DNA of 64,000 nt from Candidatus Parcubacteria bacterium (GCA_028286835.1 JAQBQT010000011.1:5246-69245), one strand, 5' to 3'; shown: positions 17,688 through 27,681, numbered from the stretch's first letter. A program made the numbers and translations. The notes: a model not told the origin generated them from the sequence alone.

Positions 17688-18731
17688 TTACAGATTATAC
17701 AATTCTTTAGCTTTTGCAACCACAGCCTTCTTGGCTTCCTCGAGAGGCATGTTCAATGTCGTCCCTGCAGCGGCTTTGTGTCCCCCGCCTCCGAGCGCGA
17801 CGGCGAGTTTGGATACGTCGTAGGCGTTGCCGTCCTTGCTGCGGAAGCTGAATTTGATCACATTCGGCTCAGTCTCTATGCATGCGCCGACGATGTCGAA
17901 TGAGCCGATCCTTCTCAGGATAGACGAGATCATTCCAGCCGAGGCGTTTTCATCCTCGATATTTTTTTCCTGCATCTTGGCGAACGGAACGACCGATAAT
18001 GCGAACCTGCCTGCGAACAATGACTCGATCGAGCTCAGGGCCAGGCCTTGAAAGGCCAGATCCTGAAGCGTGATGCTGTTTTCCATCGCTGAAATAAGCT
18101 GTGGAAAATCCGGAGCCTTCGCAGCCAATGCAGAAGCGATCATGAATGTCCTGGAAGTCGTACCTGTGTATTTGAATCCACCCGTATCGGTATATATGCC
18201 CATGAATAGATTCGCAGCGATCTCAGGCGTGATCTTGATCTTCCATTCCCAGAAGAGATCGAACAGGACTTGAGCCGTGGCAGGATAGGAAGGCTCGACA
18301 AGATTGATCGCCCCGTATCCCGAATTGGAATTATGATGATCAATGACGATGATCTTGAGATGCTCAGGAAATTCGATAGGCTTCAGCTTGGAGACCATCT
18401 CGGCCTTCGAGCTGTCCTGCACGATGAAGAGGTCGAATCCGCTCAGGTCGAGCTCAAAGAAATTCTTGGCCACGATATCAGCCGCCCCGGGGAAATGCAT
18501 AAATGCCTGCGGGATCGCTGAATCGCCCGCGATGATTGTCACCTTCCCGCTCCCGCGCTCGCCCAATTGTTCGATGGCGAACCTCATAGCCAAAGCCGAA
18601 CCCACAGAATCTGGGTCCGGCGATGGATGGCAGTGAAGAAGGATGGATTTCGCCTTCTGTATTTCGCTCAGGATGAGCGGGGCTTTTTCGCGTATGATCG
18701 GGGAGATGTCGGAGGCTGTATCTGAAGTCAT
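17688..18731 (-). CDS. nrnA: DHH/DHHA1 family phosphoesterase (NrnA-like nanoRNase / pAp phosphatase)
   Basis: DHH motif (IVIDHHNSN), the DxD region, and DHHA1 GGGGHKAAAG near the C-terminus. Confidence 0.8.
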   Translation of the reverse strand: MTSDTASDISPIIREKAPLILSEIQKAKSILLHCHPSPDPDSVGSALAMRFAIEQLGERGSGKVTIIAGDSAIPQAFMHFPGAADIVAKNFFELDLSGFDLFIVQDSSKAEMVSKLKPIEFPEHLKIIVIDHHNSNSGYGAINLVEPSYPATAQVLFDLFWEWKIKITPEIAANLFMGIYTDTGGFKYTGTTSRTFMIASALAAKAPDFPQLISAMENSITLQDLAFQGLALSSIESLFAGRFALSVVPFAKMQEKNIEDENASAGMISSILRRIGSFDIVGACIETEPNVIKFSFRSKDGNAYDVSKLAVALGGGGHKAAAGTTLNMPLEEAKKAVVAKAKELYNL

Positions 18732-18775
18732 GGCATCATCCTAGCACAGCACCGCGAAGAGCCGCTACGAACGGG

Positions 18776-19354
18776 CTATTTGAACGTGACCTGGATCTCG
18801 ATCGAGGCATCGTTTGCAGCGAGGCCGGACGGATTGTCCTTCTTCAGGATAAGCACGCCCTTGGAGCCTGTCGCCTGGCGGGCGAATGAAAGCTTGCCTG
18901 CGAACGATACGAAATCGGTGGTCATCCAGTCCGTAAGAGCGCCTGCGTTCGTCTTCGCAAGGATCTTGCCATTCACGTCAGTCAGAATGATCGGAAATGA
19001 AGCTTCGAAATACCACGGGCCTTTTGCCTTTCCAGTAACGGAGAGAGGCGAGATGATGGACGTGTTCGCAGGAGGATTATTGACCTGAATGGACATTCCA
19101 GTCGTGCCCGTTGCTGAATTCACTGGAGTGTAATAAATGGACGGTCCGTTGCTCTTGATATGGATAGGATATGTGCCGAGAGGGGCGTTCGCGGTCGACG
19201 GCGTCTCGCCTACCGCCTGCTGGCTTGACTGGGTTCCTGTCTGCGCAGGCTGTTCAGAAGCCGGCACCGTGGATTTGCTTCCGCTCCAGATGACGCAGAT
19301 GATAATGACGATCACGATCACAACGCCTAGGATCCAGTAATTTTTGGCTTTCAT
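18776..19354 (-). CDS. hypothetical secreted protein, Ig-like (Gmad2-type) domain suspected
   Basis: N-terminal TM helix, a Q/T-rich linker, then GPWYFEASFPIILTDVNGKIL, which resembles Gmad2 Ig-like domains. Confidence 0.5.
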   Translation of the reverse strand: MKAKNYWILGVVIVIVIIICVIWSGSKSTVPASEQPAQTGTQSSQQAVGETPSTANAPLGTYPIHIKSNGPSIYYTPVNSATGTTGMSIQVNNPPANTSIISPLSVTGKAKGPWYFEASFPIILTDVNGKILAKTNAGALTDWMTTDFVSFAGKLSFARQATGSKGVLILKKDNPSGLAANDASIEIQVTFK

Positions 19355-19411
19355 GTAATGAATTATGAAATGGTTAAACGGTTAAATACCATATGCATTA
19401 TAGCAGTTGTG

Positions 19412-19420
19412 TGGTATATT
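19412..19420 (+). promoter_or_regulatory. extended -10 (TGGTATATT) 7 nt upstream of the AspRS ATG (leaderless architecture)
   Basis: seen directly. Confidence 0.45.
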
Positions 19421-19427
19421 TTCCCGC

Positions 19428-20756
19428 ATGAATCGAACAACTATCAAGGATCTGAAGGCTGCGGTGGGTCAGGAAGTCTCCATCGCAGGCTGGGTCGACG
19501 TGCGCCGCGACCACGGCAAGCTCATCTTTTTCGACATCCGCGATGCAACCGGAAAAGTCCAGGCAGTCGCCCTCCCCAATCATCCCGAAGCGAAGCAGAT
19601 AGCCGAAACCCTTCGCAGTGAATGGGTCGTGCGCATGACCGGCAATGTGAATGCCCGTCCCCCGAAGATGGTCAAGAATGAGGAAGCGAACGGAGGCATC
19701 GAATTCGAGATCCTCGGCATCGAGGTCCTCTCGGCCGCCAAGGAGCTTCCGTTCGAGCTCAATGCCGATATAAATATAGACACGTATCTCGACAATCTTC
19801 CCCTCACTTTGCGCGCGCCCAAGCACGCAGCCACTTTCAAGGTGCAAGCCGTCATCGCCCGTGAATTCCGCGCGTTCTTCAATTCCCAGGGTTTCACCGA
19901 ATTCCAGGCGCCTAAGCTCATCGGCGACGATGCCGAAGGCGGCGCCAACTCTTTCGACGTCGAATACTTCAAGCATACGGCCCATCTCGCCCAGAGCCCT
20001 CAGCTCTATAAGCAGATCATGGTCGGCGTCCTCGAGCGAGTATTCGCCCTCGGCAACGTCTATCGCGCCGAAAAGCACTCCACCACCCGCCACCTCAACG
20101 AATACACTTCCATGGATATCGAAATGGGCTTCATCAAAGACCACCATGACGTCATGAATATAGAAGGCGCATTCATGTCGCACCTCATGAAAGTCCTTGC
20201 CCAGGAATGCGCGGCTGAGTTCAAGCTCCTTGGAGCGACCATTCCGACCGTGCCAGAACAGATCCCCTTCATGACATTGCGCGAGGCTCAGCAGCTCATC
20301 ACGAAAGAGACCGGCAAGGACTGTACGAACGAGCCTGACCTCGAACCCGAGCACGAACGCTGGCTTTGCACATATGCGTCCGAGAAGCTCGGCTCCGACT
20401 TTATTTTTATCACGCATTTTCCGACAGCAAAGCGCCCATTCTATACGTATCGCGACGAGAAGGATCCGGCATACACGAAGGGCTTCGACCTTCTCTTCCG
20501 TGGCGTGGAGATCACTACCGGCGCACAGCGCATCCATAACTACGACGACCTCGTCCAGTCCATGAAGGACAAGAAGCTCGATCCGGAGAAATTCAGCTAC
20601 TACCTTCAAGCCTTCAAATACGGACTGCCTCCGCATGGCGGCTTCGGCATGGGCCTCGAGCGCCTCACCGCGAAACTCCTCGGCATCGATAATGTCAAAG
20701 AAGCCGCACTCTTCCCGCGAGATATCAATCGCATCGACAATTTGCTATCGAAGTAG
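19428..20756 (+). CDS. aspS: class IIb aminoacyl-tRNA synthetase: aspartate--tRNA ligase of archaeal/eukaryal type (AsnRS not excluded)
   Basis: N-terminal OB anticodon-binding domain (VSIAGWVDVRRDHGKLIFFDIRD). Class II motifs FRAEKHSTTRHLNEYT, GFDLLFRGVEITTGAQR, and GLPPHGGFGMGLERL. ~443 aa. The track start at 19407 is TTG; the ATG at 19428 is preferred. Confidence 0.85.
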   Translation: MNRTTIKDLKAAVGQEVSIAGWVDVRRDHGKLIFFDIRDATGKVQAVALPNHPEAKQIAETLRSEWVVRMTGNVNARPPKMVKNEEANGGIEFEILGIEVLSAAKELPFELNADINIDTYLDNLPLTLRAPKHAATFKVQAVIAREFRAFFNSQGFTEFQAPKLIGDDAEGGANSFDVEYFKHTAHLAQSPQLYKQIMVGVLERVFALGNVYRAEKHSTTRHLNEYTSMDIEMGFIKDHHDVMNIEGAFMSHLMKVLAQECAAEFKLLGATIPTVPEQIPFMTLREAQQLITKETGKDCTNEPDLEPEHERWLCTYASEKLGSDFIFITHFPTAKRPFYTYRDEKDPAYTKGFDLLFRGVEITTGAQRIHNYDDLVQSMKDKKLDPEKFSYYLQAFKYGLPPHGGFGMGLERLTAKLLGIDNVKEAALFPRDINRIDNLLSK

Positions 20757-20779
20757 AGTTCTTTAGATCGAGTATTAAG

Positions 20780-21031
20780 CTACCGATGAGGACACCCGGC
20801 CCAGCAGCACGGCCTCCGCATGCCGCCGGATAGTTTTGAGAGGGCCTTTTTGATTCGGATCGTTCTCGTCTCTACTTTCTTGCCTGATATGACCCAGCAG
20901 ATCCATTCGCTGCGCGCGAGCGGCGTTATGTCTTCCCATACTGCATGAGCCTTCGGAGAAGCAGCCAGAGCCGCCCGCAGATCCGCAGGTATCTGATGGA
21001 CAGAGCCTGTAGAGATTTTTTGTACGGCCAT
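20780..21031 (-). CDS. small YdeI/OmpD-associated family-like protein
   Basis: DLRAALAASPKAHAVWEDITPLARSEWICWVISGKK resembles the YdeI (PF13376-type) domain. Family assignment is tentative. Confidence 0.45.
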   Translation of the reverse strand: MAVQKISTGSVHQIPADLRAALAASPKAHAVWEDITPLARSEWICWVISGKKVETRTIRIKKALSKLSGGMRRPCCWAGCPHR

Positions 21032-21046
21032 GAGACTATTATTGTA

Positions 21047-21454
21047 TTACTTCTTACCCTCCTCCGCTCTCAATTCCAGGCACACTGAATTCATGCAGTA
21101 GCGCTCGCCAGTATCTGTAGGGCCATCATTGAATACGTGCCCGAGGTGCGAACCGCACTTGGAGCAGATGACTTCCATGCGTCTCATGCCATGCGCCATA
21201 TCCGTCTCGAGCTTCACAGCGCCTGGAAGTGCCTGATCGAATGAAGGCCACCCCGTACCGCTTTCGAACTTCGCCGTCGAAGGAAAGAGCGCCTGTCCGC
21301 AGACCTTGCACATATATGTACCCGCACGCTTCTCATGCAGGAGCGCGCCGCTTCCTGGCGCCTCAGTGCCCTTCTCGCGCAGCACGTGGTATTCCTCGGG
21401 AGTGAGTTTTGCCCGGAGCTCTTCTTCATTCATATCGCTGTTCTGTATGTTCAT
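21047..21454 (-). CDS. msrB: peptide-methionine (R)-S-oxide reductase MsrB
   Basis: CxxC..CxxC zinc site and GTGWPSF..HLGHVF, the SelR signature. Confidence 0.9.
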   Translation of the reverse strand: MNIQNSDMNEEELRAKLTPEEYHVLREKGTEAPGSGALLHEKRAGTYMCKVCGQALFPSTAKFESGTGWPSFDQALPGAVKLETDMAHGMRRMEVICSKCGSHLGHVFNDGPTDTGERYCMNSVCLELRAEEGKK

Positions 21455-21488
21455 ATATTTTATTTTCGCGGAGTTGCCGCGTGATCGA

Positions 21489-22046
21489 TTATTTTACTAA
21501 CTGCGCGAACTTCCTTTGCAGCTTCTCAAGCTTCGGCTCGATGATTATCTGGCAGTATCGCTGATCCTTGTGAGTCTCGTAGTATTTTTGGTGATAGTCT
21601 TCAGCCTCATAGAAATCGCCCAGGGGCCTTTCAAGCGTGACGACGGGCTTGCCATATGCGTTCGTGTCGTTCAGTTCCTTGATGAGCGCATCGGCCTCGC
21701 GCTTCTGATCCTCGTCGGCATAGAAAATAGCAGACTGATATTGAGTGCCAACGTCGTTGCCCTGCCGGTTGGGCGTCGTCGGATCATGCGTATTGAAAAA
21801 AACGGCCAGCAAGTCTCCGTATGAGATCACTGCCGGGTCATAGTTTATCCTGATCGATTCGATATGGCCTGTAGCGCCATTCGAGACATCCTCATATGTC
21901 GGATCCTTGACGGTGCCGCCGGTATAGCCCGACATCACCCCGCTCACTCCCTTCAACGCAGAAAAAACTGCTTCTGTGCACCAGAAGCATCCCCCACCGA
22001 AGACAGCGGTCTTCGTGCTTATTTCTTTTTTGGAGCTGTTTTCCAT
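21489..22046 (-). CDS. msrA: peptide-methionine (S)-S-oxide reductase MsrA
   Basis: The GCFWCTE active-site motif, HDPTT, and QGNDVGTQY. Confidence 0.9.
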   Translation of the reverse strand: MENSSKKEISTKTAVFGGGCFWCTEAVFSALKGVSGVMSGYTGGTVKDPTYEDVSNGATGHIESIRINYDPAVISYGDLLAVFFNTHDPTTPNRQGNDVGTQYQSAIFYADEDQKREADALIKELNDTNAYGKPVVTLERPLGDFYEAEDYHQKYYETHKDQRYCQIIIEPKLEKLQRKFAQLVK

Positions 22047-22148
22047 GCGTACTTTTTAGCCAAGCGCTTCTTGGTCTTTCGTGAACGCGATGATTTGCCC
22101 TGAACTGATGCTCGTTTTGCCATAAAACTAGTATATACTTATTGGGTA

Positions 22149-22319
22149 ATGAACGCAAAATCTTTTATCTGGATCGGCGTCTTCGTGGGCAGCTCCATCG
22201 GCGCATACATCCCCGCTCTCTGGGGCGCCGGAGTCTTTTCATTCTCATCCATACTCCTCTCCGCAGTCGGCGGCTTCGCAGGCATTTGGGCAGGGTTCAG
22301 ACTCGGACAGATGCTGTAA
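22149..22319 (+). CDS. small membrane protein (56 aa, two predicted TM helices); absent from the ORF track because it falls under the 60-aa cutoff
   Basis: ATG at 22149 gives MNAKSFIWIGVFVGSSIGAYIPALWGAGVFSFSSILLSAVGGFAGIWAGFRLGQML. A TATATACT -10-like element lies 7-15 nt upstream. The track ORF 22142..22348 is the other frame. Confidence 0.4.
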   Translation: MNAKSFIWIGVFVGSSIGAYIPALWGAGVFSFSSILLSAVGGFAGIWAGFRLGQML

Positions 22320-22334
22320 GTCCTCTCGAGGAAT

Positions 22335-24191
22335 CTAGCCGAATGTGAATGTATACGCTCTCACGCCGGGCTTGCTGAAGATGATATCGATGCGGTGCCG
22401 GCCCATGGCCGGATTCGCATACAGGCCATAGAGGCGCGAAGCATCGATCATGAGCAGGCCCTTCTTCACGTCAGCGCCTGACCAGGAATCGGGGATCTCC
22501 TTGCCGTCGATGAGGACGTGCGCCGTAGCCGCCGAGCCGTCGGCAGTCTGCGCCACGATATACATCTTGCTTGCCGTGAACGTATACGAGAGCGTGGCAT
22601 TGGCCGTCACGGTCTCCGCATATTCCTTCTGTATATCCCAGGTACCGCCAAGATAGAACTGATTCGGCGCGATATCGCCCGTTGGAGCGATAAAAGCCTT
22701 CTGGCCTATCGTGAATGGCGCGCCGTTGCCGAAACGCTCGTTCCTCTTGGCTCCGAAATACGTCTCGGGGCTGGCCGCCTGGATGGCTTCATCCGACACT
22801 GCCGAGCCCGACGCGGTCACGACGCCGCTCTCGCCGAGAGCCTGCTTCCTGATATTGAGCTGCTTCACGATCTCGGCTTCGGTCTCCGCATAATTACCCT
22901 CGCCAATATGGTCGTACACGACGTTGCCATGGATGTCGATGAGATATTTGTGCGGCCAGTACTGGTTGCCGTATGCATTCCATGTGCCGTAGTCGTTATC
23001 GAGCACGATCGGGAAGCGCAGGTCGAAGCGCTTTGCTGCGTCCTTCACGTTGTTGATATCCTTCTCGAATGAGAACTCAGGCGTCTGGAAGGCGACGATC
23101 TCGAGCCCCTGGTCCTTGTACTTCGCCCACCAGTCCTTCATGTACGGGAATGTGCGCTGGCAGTTGATGCAGGTGTAGTCGATGAAGTCGATCAGTATGA
23201 CTTTCTTGCCCACATAGTCCGCAAGCTTGAACGGCTCGCTGTTCACGTAGCCGGAAGGCTTAACCATCTCGACATATTTGCCCTGATTGCGTTCGCCTGG
23301 GATGACCGCGCTTATCAGTTTCTGTATGAGAGACTTGGTATCAGCCGACTGTACCGGCTTTGTTCCGGGAGTTGTCGATGCAGGTGTCACGCCGGAAGTC
23401 GAAGTGGCTGCGTTGCTGCCTAGCCCATTCCCTGCCGGATCTTGCGGGATATTTTTCTGCCCTTCGAGCGATATATGGAGCGACTGCTCGAGCGCGGTCA
23501 CATCGAAGAATCCGCTGGCGAGGATATCTGCTTCTACCTTCTTGTCATAGCCGGTCGCGATCGCGAGCGCTACAAGGACGAACAGGATGCCGAGGACCTT
23601 CCTGAACCAGCCGTTCGGATTGATGGCCCACTCGAGCTTGCCCACGAGCTTCTGCCCGATCCATGAGATGAGAAGGAGCGACAGGGCGAGGCCGACGACA
23701 TACGCAGCGAGATCGATGAGGCCCTTAGCCAGAGACTGCGGCAATACCGTGGCCAGAATGACGAAGAACGTCGGAGAGCATGTCGTGAAGACCGGGCCGA
23801 GCGCAGCACCGACCAAAACGTCGCCCCACCAATGCGAGCGCGACTGGTACCCTTTCGCCATCCATGAGTCGGGCTTGCGGTGGCCCGGAACCTTCAGCAT
23901 GAGCTTCGCCCACGTTATCGGAAACAGAAGCGAGAAGCCGAACACGGCAAGTATTGCTGCAGAAATATAGGCCCAGAACGAAGGCGACGCTCCGATAAGG
24001 GCCGTCGAACCCTTGAGAAGAAGCGTGAATATGAAAACGGACACCGACAGCGAGCCGATGATGATGAGAGGTCGGCGTTTGTTCCCTGCTTCGCCGAGCG
24101 CCGAGCCGAGCGTGACTGGTAAAAGCGGCAATACGCACGGCGCGAGCACCGTGAGCACTCCGGCGACAAAGGATACGATAAATAGGATCAT
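22335..24191 (-). CDS. CcdA/DsbD-type transmembrane thiol-disulfide transporter fused to an extracytoplasmic thioredoxin-like (TlpA/ResA-like) domain
   Basis: The N-terminal half has multiple TM helices and the CcdA-like Cys pair (LAPCVLP, TTCSP). After an S/T/P-rich linker, the C-terminal domain has YTCINCQ (a CxxC motif), FPYMK, and EIVAFQTPEF. 618 aa. Confidence 0.8.
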   Translation of the reverse strand: MILFIVSFVAGVLTVLAPCVLPLLPVTLGSALGEAGNKRRPLIIIGSLSVSVFIFTLLLKGSTALIGASPSFWAYISAAILAVFGFSLLFPITWAKLMLKVPGHRKPDSWMAKGYQSRSHWWGDVLVGAALGPVFTTCSPTFFVILATVLPQSLAKGLIDLAAYVVGLALSLLLISWIGQKLVGKLEWAINPNGWFRKVLGILFVLVALAIATGYDKKVEADILASGFFDVTALEQSLHISLEGQKNIPQDPAGNGLGSNAATSTSGVTPASTTPGTKPVQSADTKSLIQKLISAVIPGERNQGKYVEMVKPSGYVNSEPFKLADYVGKKVILIDFIDYTCINCQRTFPYMKDWWAKYKDQGLEIVAFQTPEFSFEKDINNVKDAAKRFDLRFPIVLDNDYGTWNAYGNQYWPHKYLIDIHGNVVYDHIGEGNYAETEAEIVKQLNIRKQALGESGVVTASGSAVSDEAIQAASPETYFGAKRNERFGNGAPFTIGQKAFIAPTGDIAPNQFYLGGTWDIQKEYAETVTANATLSYTFTASKMYIVAQTADGSAATAHVLIDGKEIPDSWSGADVKKGLLMIDASRLYGLYANPAMGRHRIDIIFSKPGVRAYTFTFG

Positions 24192-24260
24192 AGGAATAGT
24201 ATACTCCTTCTTTTAAAACGCTGACTACCCCAATCAGGCATCATATGCCATTATGGACAT

Positions 24261-24839
24261 ATGGATTACTCTGCCATTCCTGATACAGAGCTGGCAGTAA
24301 CGGCCCAAGGCGGGGACGACGCGGCTTTCCAGGAATTGATGCGCCGCAACATCCGACCCATCTGGGCCTTCTCGAGACAATATGCCAAGTCCGATGAAGA
24401 CGCCGAGGACATCGTCCAGGACACTTTCTTCAAGGCCTGGAAATATCTCAAGCGCTTCACAGCCGGAAAAGCATTCAGGCCCTGGCTCTATGCCATCGCG
24501 CGGAACACCGCGCTCGACTACCTGAAGAAGCGGCGCTCGTCGAGCTTCTCGGAACTGCACAACGACGACACCGACTCGGATTTTGCGGACTCGCTCGAAG
24601 ATGCTGAGCCGCTCGCACCCGAGATGTTCGAGAAAGCCGAGCTCGTCGCTGAACTCGACAAGTCCATGGAAGGCCTCCCGCCGGATTACAAGGCCGTCCT
24701 GCGGATGCACTACCATGACGGCATGACATTCAATGAGATCTCAGAGATTCTGGGCAAGCCCATGAATACCGTGAAAAGCTGGCACCGCCGCGCGCTCCAG
24801 AAAGTCCGCAAGAATTTGCCGCACCGAAAGCCGGACTAG
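24261..24839 (+). CDS. ECF-type RNA polymerase sigma-70 family factor
   Basis: Region 2 (DIVQDTFFKAWKYL..FRPWLYAIARN) and region 4 (LRMHYHDGMTFNEISEILGKPMNTVKSWHRRAL). Confidence 0.85.
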   Translation: MDYSAIPDTELAVTAQGGDDAAFQELMRRNIRPIWAFSRQYAKSDEDAEDIVQDTFFKAWKYLKRFTAGKAFRPWLYAIARNTALDYLKKRRSSSFSELHNDDTDSDFADSLEDAEPLAPEMFEKAELVAELDKSMEGLPPDYKAVLRMHYHDGMTFNEISEILGKPMNTVKSWHRRALQKVRKNLPHRKPD

Positions 24840-24875
24840 GCTCGTATACTCTCCAACGCCTAAAGCGCAGAAATC

Positions 24876-25283
24876 ATGAACAAACTTACTTTGCAGGAGG
24901 AGCGTGTGTGCCAAAGCGTCATGGGACATATAGCCCAAAAGCGCATTCAGACTGCCAGGGCCCGGGCCGGTCTGTATGGCTTTTTTTTGATAGCGGCCGT
25001 AGTCGCCTTGATCCCATCGATCCAGTACATCGCGGCGCAGGCGGCGGCATCGGGCTTCAACGAATACGTATCTCTCATCATGTCCGACGGCAGCAGCCTC
25101 TCCGGATCGTGGGGCCCGCTCGCGCTTTCGATCGTCGATTCCATCCCGCTTCTGGGAGTCATCGCCATGCTCTTCGCCCTCACTGCTTCGGCATTCTGCG
25201 CGAAGAAATTCATGGGCAATTTTGGAAACAACTTCGGCAATGGAACATCAGCAGGCCGCTTAGCGCATTCCCCTTTATACTAA
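24876..25283 (+). CDS. putative anti-sigma factor / small membrane protein encoded after the ECF sigma gene
   Basis: 135 aa with two hydrophobic helices. Lies directly downstream of the ECF sigma gene, which is the typical sigma/anti-sigma arrangement. No sequence family recognised. Confidence 0.4.
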   Translation: MNKLTLQEERVCQSVMGHIAQKRIQTARARAGLYGFFLIAAVVALIPSIQYIAAQAAASGFNEYVSLIMSDGSSLSGSWGPLALSIVDSIPLLGVIAMLFALTASAFCAKKFMGNFGNNFGNGTSAGRLAHSPLY

Positions 25284-25309
25284 ATACAGAGTAACTCTCA
25301 ATCATCGTT

Positions 25310-25807
25310 ATGAAAACATTCATGGAGTCTTCCTGGTTCAACAAGCTCATCGCCGTGTTCGGCATCCTTGTGGTCGCACTTGCCATATTCTGGCTCGGGA
25401 CCGTCGTCGGATCCCGTCACGCGGAATTCTCTTCGCGCTGGTCCAACCACTACGCTGAGAACTTCGGCGGAATGAGGTCGCCGTTCGCGATGCCGTCAGG
25501 ATCCGGATCGCCAGGCGACGACAGGCTCGACGCCTCGAACGGAGCTGTCGGCACGGTTATGTCTGTGAATCTCCCGAACATCGCGGTCAAGAATCAGAGC
25601 GAGGCCGAAAAGGTCATCGTCGTCGGATCCACGACCATCATCAGGAAAATGCGCTCGCCTGCTACGGTAACTGACATCCGGGTCGGCGATTTCCTCGTAA
25701 CTGTGGGAACCCCGGATGATCAGGGACGCATCGTCGCGACCTTCGTGCGCATCATGCCTACCCCGCTACGGACCGCAGCTGTTTCGACTTCTTCACAAAA
25801 TAAATAA
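25310..25807 (+). CDS. hypothetical membrane-anchored protein
   Basis: N-terminal TM helix (LIAVFGILVVALAIFWLGTVV) and a soluble C-terminal domain. No family recognised. Confidence 0.5.
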   Translation: MKTFMESSWFNKLIAVFGILVVALAIFWLGTVVGSRHAEFSSRWSNHYAENFGGMRSPFAMPSGSGSPGDDRLDASNGAVGTVMSVNLPNIAVKNQSEAEKVIVVGSTTIIRKMRSPATVTDIRVGDFLVTVGTPDDQGRIVATFVRIMPTPLRTAAVSTSSQNK

Positions 25808-25812
25808 AACAT

Positions 25813-27681
25813 ATGAACACAACCCCCGTTTCGACGACGCGCCCCGCCGCCCCCAAAAATTGGTTCGGCCGCATGAAGGCACGCATCCGCGCGCATAAGA
25901 TCATCACATCGGTCATTGTGATCGTGCTCGTTATCGCAGGATACGAGATATACAAGGCTCATGCCGCAGCGAACGTCACGCCGCAGTATTCCGTTTCCGT
26001 GGCGCGCCTGGGCACCATCCGGCAGACCGTGACAGGATCAGGACAGGTCTCAGCGGAGAACCAGCTTGATGTGACCAGCCAAGTCTCCGGTACCGTAAAG
26101 GCCGTGAATGTTTCCGTGGGCCAGCATGTCAAAACCGGAGACCTCCTCGCCACCATCGATCCGAAGGATGCACTCGTCTCTTTGCAAAACGCTCAGATCG
26201 CCTATGCGAAGCTCGTGGCCCCGGCCAAAAATGGAGATCTCGCCAACGCCGAGAACAGCGTGGTCAAATCATACAGCGACGCTTTCAATACAGTCGCAAG
26301 CACATTCGTCGATCTCCCGACTGTCATGACGGGCCTTAAGAGCATGCTCTATGGCGCCAATGGATACCTGAGCGACGCATACGCCGTGCACCTCAACAGC
26401 ACCGCGCGCCCGATGCGCGATGCCGCCGGCCTGCGCTTCGATGCGGCCGCCAAGCAGTATGCGGTGGTCATTCAGGAATACCAGGGCCTCACCCGCGCGA
26501 GCGCAACGTCGAGCATAGATGCGCTTCTCTCCGATACATATTCATTGCTCAAGACCGTCTCCACGGCCGTCCAGGAGACGCAGAACACCGTCAACTACGC
26601 GAGCGTCAATCAGCCAGACTATTATCCGCGCGATGCGACGACAGCCGTGACAAATCTCAATTCATGGTCGGGCACGGTCAATTCCGATCTGGCATCAATC
26701 CTTTCCGCCCAGAGCACCATCACGAGCAACGCCAATTCCCTTGCGACGCTTCAGACCGGCGCAGACACCCTGGACGTCCAGAGCCAGCAGCTCTCGCTCC
26801 AGCAGGCCCAGGAAAATTATGCCAAATATTTCATCCGCGCCCCATTCGACGGCATCGTCGGCCGCATCCCTGTCTCAGTATATGGCCAGGCCAGCGCCAG
26901 CACCGTCGTCGCGACGATCGTAGGCGATCAGAAGATCGCGACCATTTCCCTGAATGAAGTCGACGCCGCAAAAGTAGCGGTCGGCCAGCCGGTCGCCATC
27001 ACTTTCGATGCCATCGACGGCCTCACAGCCACAGGCACCGTGAGCCAAGTCGACCTCGTGGGAACAGTCACGCAGGGCGTCGTCTCATACGGCGTGAAGA
27101 TAACCATCAACACAAGCGATACGCGCATCAAGCCGGGAATGAGCCTCAATACGACGATAACGACCAAGGAAAAGGCGAATGTCCTCATAGTCCCTTCCGT
27201 TGCAGTGAAATCCTCCGGCACCACGCGCTACTTAGACACGCTCGATGCCGCCACAGTCCGTACTGCGATGGCTGCGAACATTCCTGCCGGAACAGCTGCG
27301 AGCCGCTTTAGCTCGACAACGAGGCAGTTCAGGAATCAGGGGCAGAGCGCTTCGACAACTGCTAGCACCACTGCGGGCACTGCAACCACTACCGCAGGCG
27401 CCCCTCGCCAATTCACCGGCGCAGGCACAGGAGGCGCGAGCGTACAGCTCGCAGTCACGACATCCGTGGCTCCTCAGCGCGTGAACGTGACAGTCGGCGA
27501 TTCAGATGACACGAATACGGAGATAACGAGCGGCCTTTCGGAAGGACAGTTCATCATAACGAGGACCCTCGCCTCCGGTTCGACAGCATCAGCTGCCGCT
27601 CCGAGCATCCTCTCAGGCATCGGCGGAAATCGCCCAGGCGGAGCAGCACGGACAACAGGAGGGGCCGCGGCAGGAAGATAG
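25813..27681 (+). CDS. HlyD/MacA-family periplasmic adaptor (membrane fusion protein) with a long Gly/Ala/Thr-rich C-terminal tail
   Basis: N-terminal TM anchor, a lipoyl/beta-barrel segment (VTSQVSGTVKAVNVSVGQHVKTGDLLATID), and YFIRAPFDGIVGRIP. Located upstream of MacB-like ATPase and permease genes. Confidence 0.8.
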   Translation: MNTTPVSTTRPAAPKNWFGRMKARIRAHKIITSVIVIVLVIAGYEIYKAHAAANVTPQYSVSVARLGTIRQTVTGSGQVSAENQLDVTSQVSGTVKAVNVSVGQHVKTGDLLATIDPKDALVSLQNAQIAYAKLVAPAKNGDLANAENSVVKSYSDAFNTVASTFVDLPTVMTGLKSMLYGANGYLSDAYAVHLNSTARPMRDAAGLRFDAAAKQYAVVIQEYQGLTRASATSSIDALLSDTYSLLKTVSTAVQETQNTVNYASVNQPDYYPRDATTAVTNLNSWSGTVNSDLASILSAQSTITSNANSLATLQTGADTLDVQSQQLSLQQAQENYAKYFIRAPFDGIVGRIPVSVYGQASASTVVATIVGDQKIATISLNEVDAAKVAVGQPVAITFDAIDGLTATGTVSQVDLVGTVTQGVVSYGVKITINTSDTRIKPGMSLNTTITTKEKANVLIVPSVAVKSSGTTRYLDTLDAATVRTAMAANIPAGTAASRFSSTTRQFRNQGQSASTTASTTAGTATTTAGAPRQFTGAGTGGASVQLAVTTSVAPQRVNVTVGDSDDTNTEITSGLSEGQFIITRTLASGSTASAAAPSILSGIGGNRPGGAARTTGGAAAGR

